A DNA stretch of 64,000 nucleotides, taken from NCBI RefSeq assembly GCF_902713615.1, contig NC_052152.1:44491810-44555809 (forward strand), written 5' to 3'. Below the pieces are notes generated by a model, which saw nothing but the letters and a program-made list of their open reading frames with translations, was not told where the DNA came from and made no database searches. Source of the stretch: Scyliorhinus canicula (taxonomy: Eukaryota). Each line of letters opens with the position of its first letter. Positions within the stretch are counted from its first letter, which is position 1. Positions 63,011-64,000 of this stretch are shown in pieces. A program made the translations under genes and the position numbers.

Positions 63011-63305
63011 AACGGTAGCACTGTGGTTAACATTGTTTCTTCACAGCGCCAGGGTCCCAGGTTCGATTCCTGGCTTGGTTACTGCCTGTGCTGAGTCTGC
63101 ACGTTCTCCCTGTGTCTGTGTGGGTTTCCTCCGGGTGCTCCGGTTTCTTCCCACAAGTCCCGAAAGACGTGCTGTTAGGTCATTTGGACATTCTGAATTC
63201 CCCGTCCGTCTACCCGAACAGATGCCGGAATGCGACGACTACTGTGAAAAGTCACAGTAACTTCATTGTAAACCTACTTGTAACAATAAAGATTATTAAT
63301 TATTA
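63011..63305 (+). mobile_element. V-SINE family C
   Basis: Head, V-domain and tail ...tcacagtaacttcattgtaaacctacttgtaacaataaagattatt. Confidence 0.88.
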
Positions 63306-64000
63306 AATTAAAAGAAAAAGGATTAATTAGCCTTAAATGTACAAAGTCCTATCTGAATTTGCTGACCATGTAATGTTGCAGGATGCTCGTGTACTGCGAG
63401 CTCCTGGCTCCTTGTCTGTCAGAATGTTATTGTTCCAATAGAGCCAATCTGACCTTCAGCCATCTTCAAAGTGGCGACTGAGCATTTGTAATAAATCTTA
63501 TGCAATGGGTGACGTTCCAAAACTGTAATGTGTTGGAATCATATTGAGCTTCTTTCCTGCATTTTATATCACTGAAATTTCTCAATTAAATAAGCTCTGA
63601 ATCACTGTTAGCTATTCACAATTGTATGTAGAACATTGGAAAATATTCATTTTGAACATATATATGGCATAAATATACAAGCATTGCATGATTAAAGGAC
63701 ATATCGAGAGGCTATATGATTGGGGAACATATACTTTTAAAGCAATTCAGGAAACCCGAACAATGGGTTTTTCAGACTCAAGCAACCACATCCTTTTACC
63801 AAATAATAGTGTTATATCTCTGCCTCCATGCTGCTAGTCTTTTTAACTTGTGTCTTTGATGTAAACCTGTCCATCAAAGTGGCCGGAAATACAAAGTCAG
63901 TATGTTTAGCTGACTGTTTCTTTCTTCAACAGACAGATTATGCTACAGATAGCGTCCAACGATATATGCTAGTGTCATACAGCTGAGAATGAGGCCAACT

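Noticed and set aside
33491-63305. tRNA genes suggested by box A/B motifs
   Set aside because: All are SINE heads joined to repeat bodies, and none forms a complete cloverleaf.

Overview
Vertebrate genomic DNA. The repeat content (HE1-type V-SINEs, a Deu-domain SINE, CR1, Rex-Babar, Penelope) indicates an elasmobranch, probably a catshark (inference). The main gene is CD247 (TCR zeta chain, CD3-zeta) on the minus strand. I reconstructed coding exons 2-8 by hand from splice signals: 51222-51119, 48225-48157, 40478-40389, 36288-36247, 34536-34480, 32643-32608 and 27063-26980. They splice in frame to [35 protein letters not shown]|FSKVKGKNEDVPANQMQVEDQYQ|PLQKKDQDDYSHLRLKNRNQDTEAGIGAKR|NQRRDDAAHNDTYS|KLNPKNRSEPYGELKPTQQ|KRRGKGGNDIYQ|GLSAATQDTYDQLQMQQLPTVPPHPRR*. 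This gives a transmembrane helix with the dimer Cys/Asp and three ITAMs. Exon 1 (signal peptide) was not found and probably lies beyond base 64000. Bases 1 to about 16.7 kb are AT-rich, T/G-skewed on +, non-coding and nearly free of young transposons. They look like a very long + strand 3'UTR converging on CD247; mammalian synteny suggests POU2F1, but no coding sequence is present to prove it. From 16.7 kb onward the window is dominated by nested transposons: CR1, RTE, L2, L1, Rex-Babar, Penelope, Gypsy/LTR remnants, Harbinger-like MITEs and several SINE families. Main leads: (1) a proline-rich SH3-type C-terminal extension and a CD3-gamma/delta-like first ITAM in shark zeta; (2) a stem-loop with a compensatory base-pair change shared by two SINE families and Rex-Babar LINE tails; (3) a T-cell-type transcription-factor motif cluster in intron 1; (4) a candidate poison exon in intron 4; (5) inverted SINE pairs bracketing coding exons. 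No CRISPR arrays, rRNA genes or true tRNA genes were seen. Transposon boundaries without a stated target-site duplication (TSD) are approximate.
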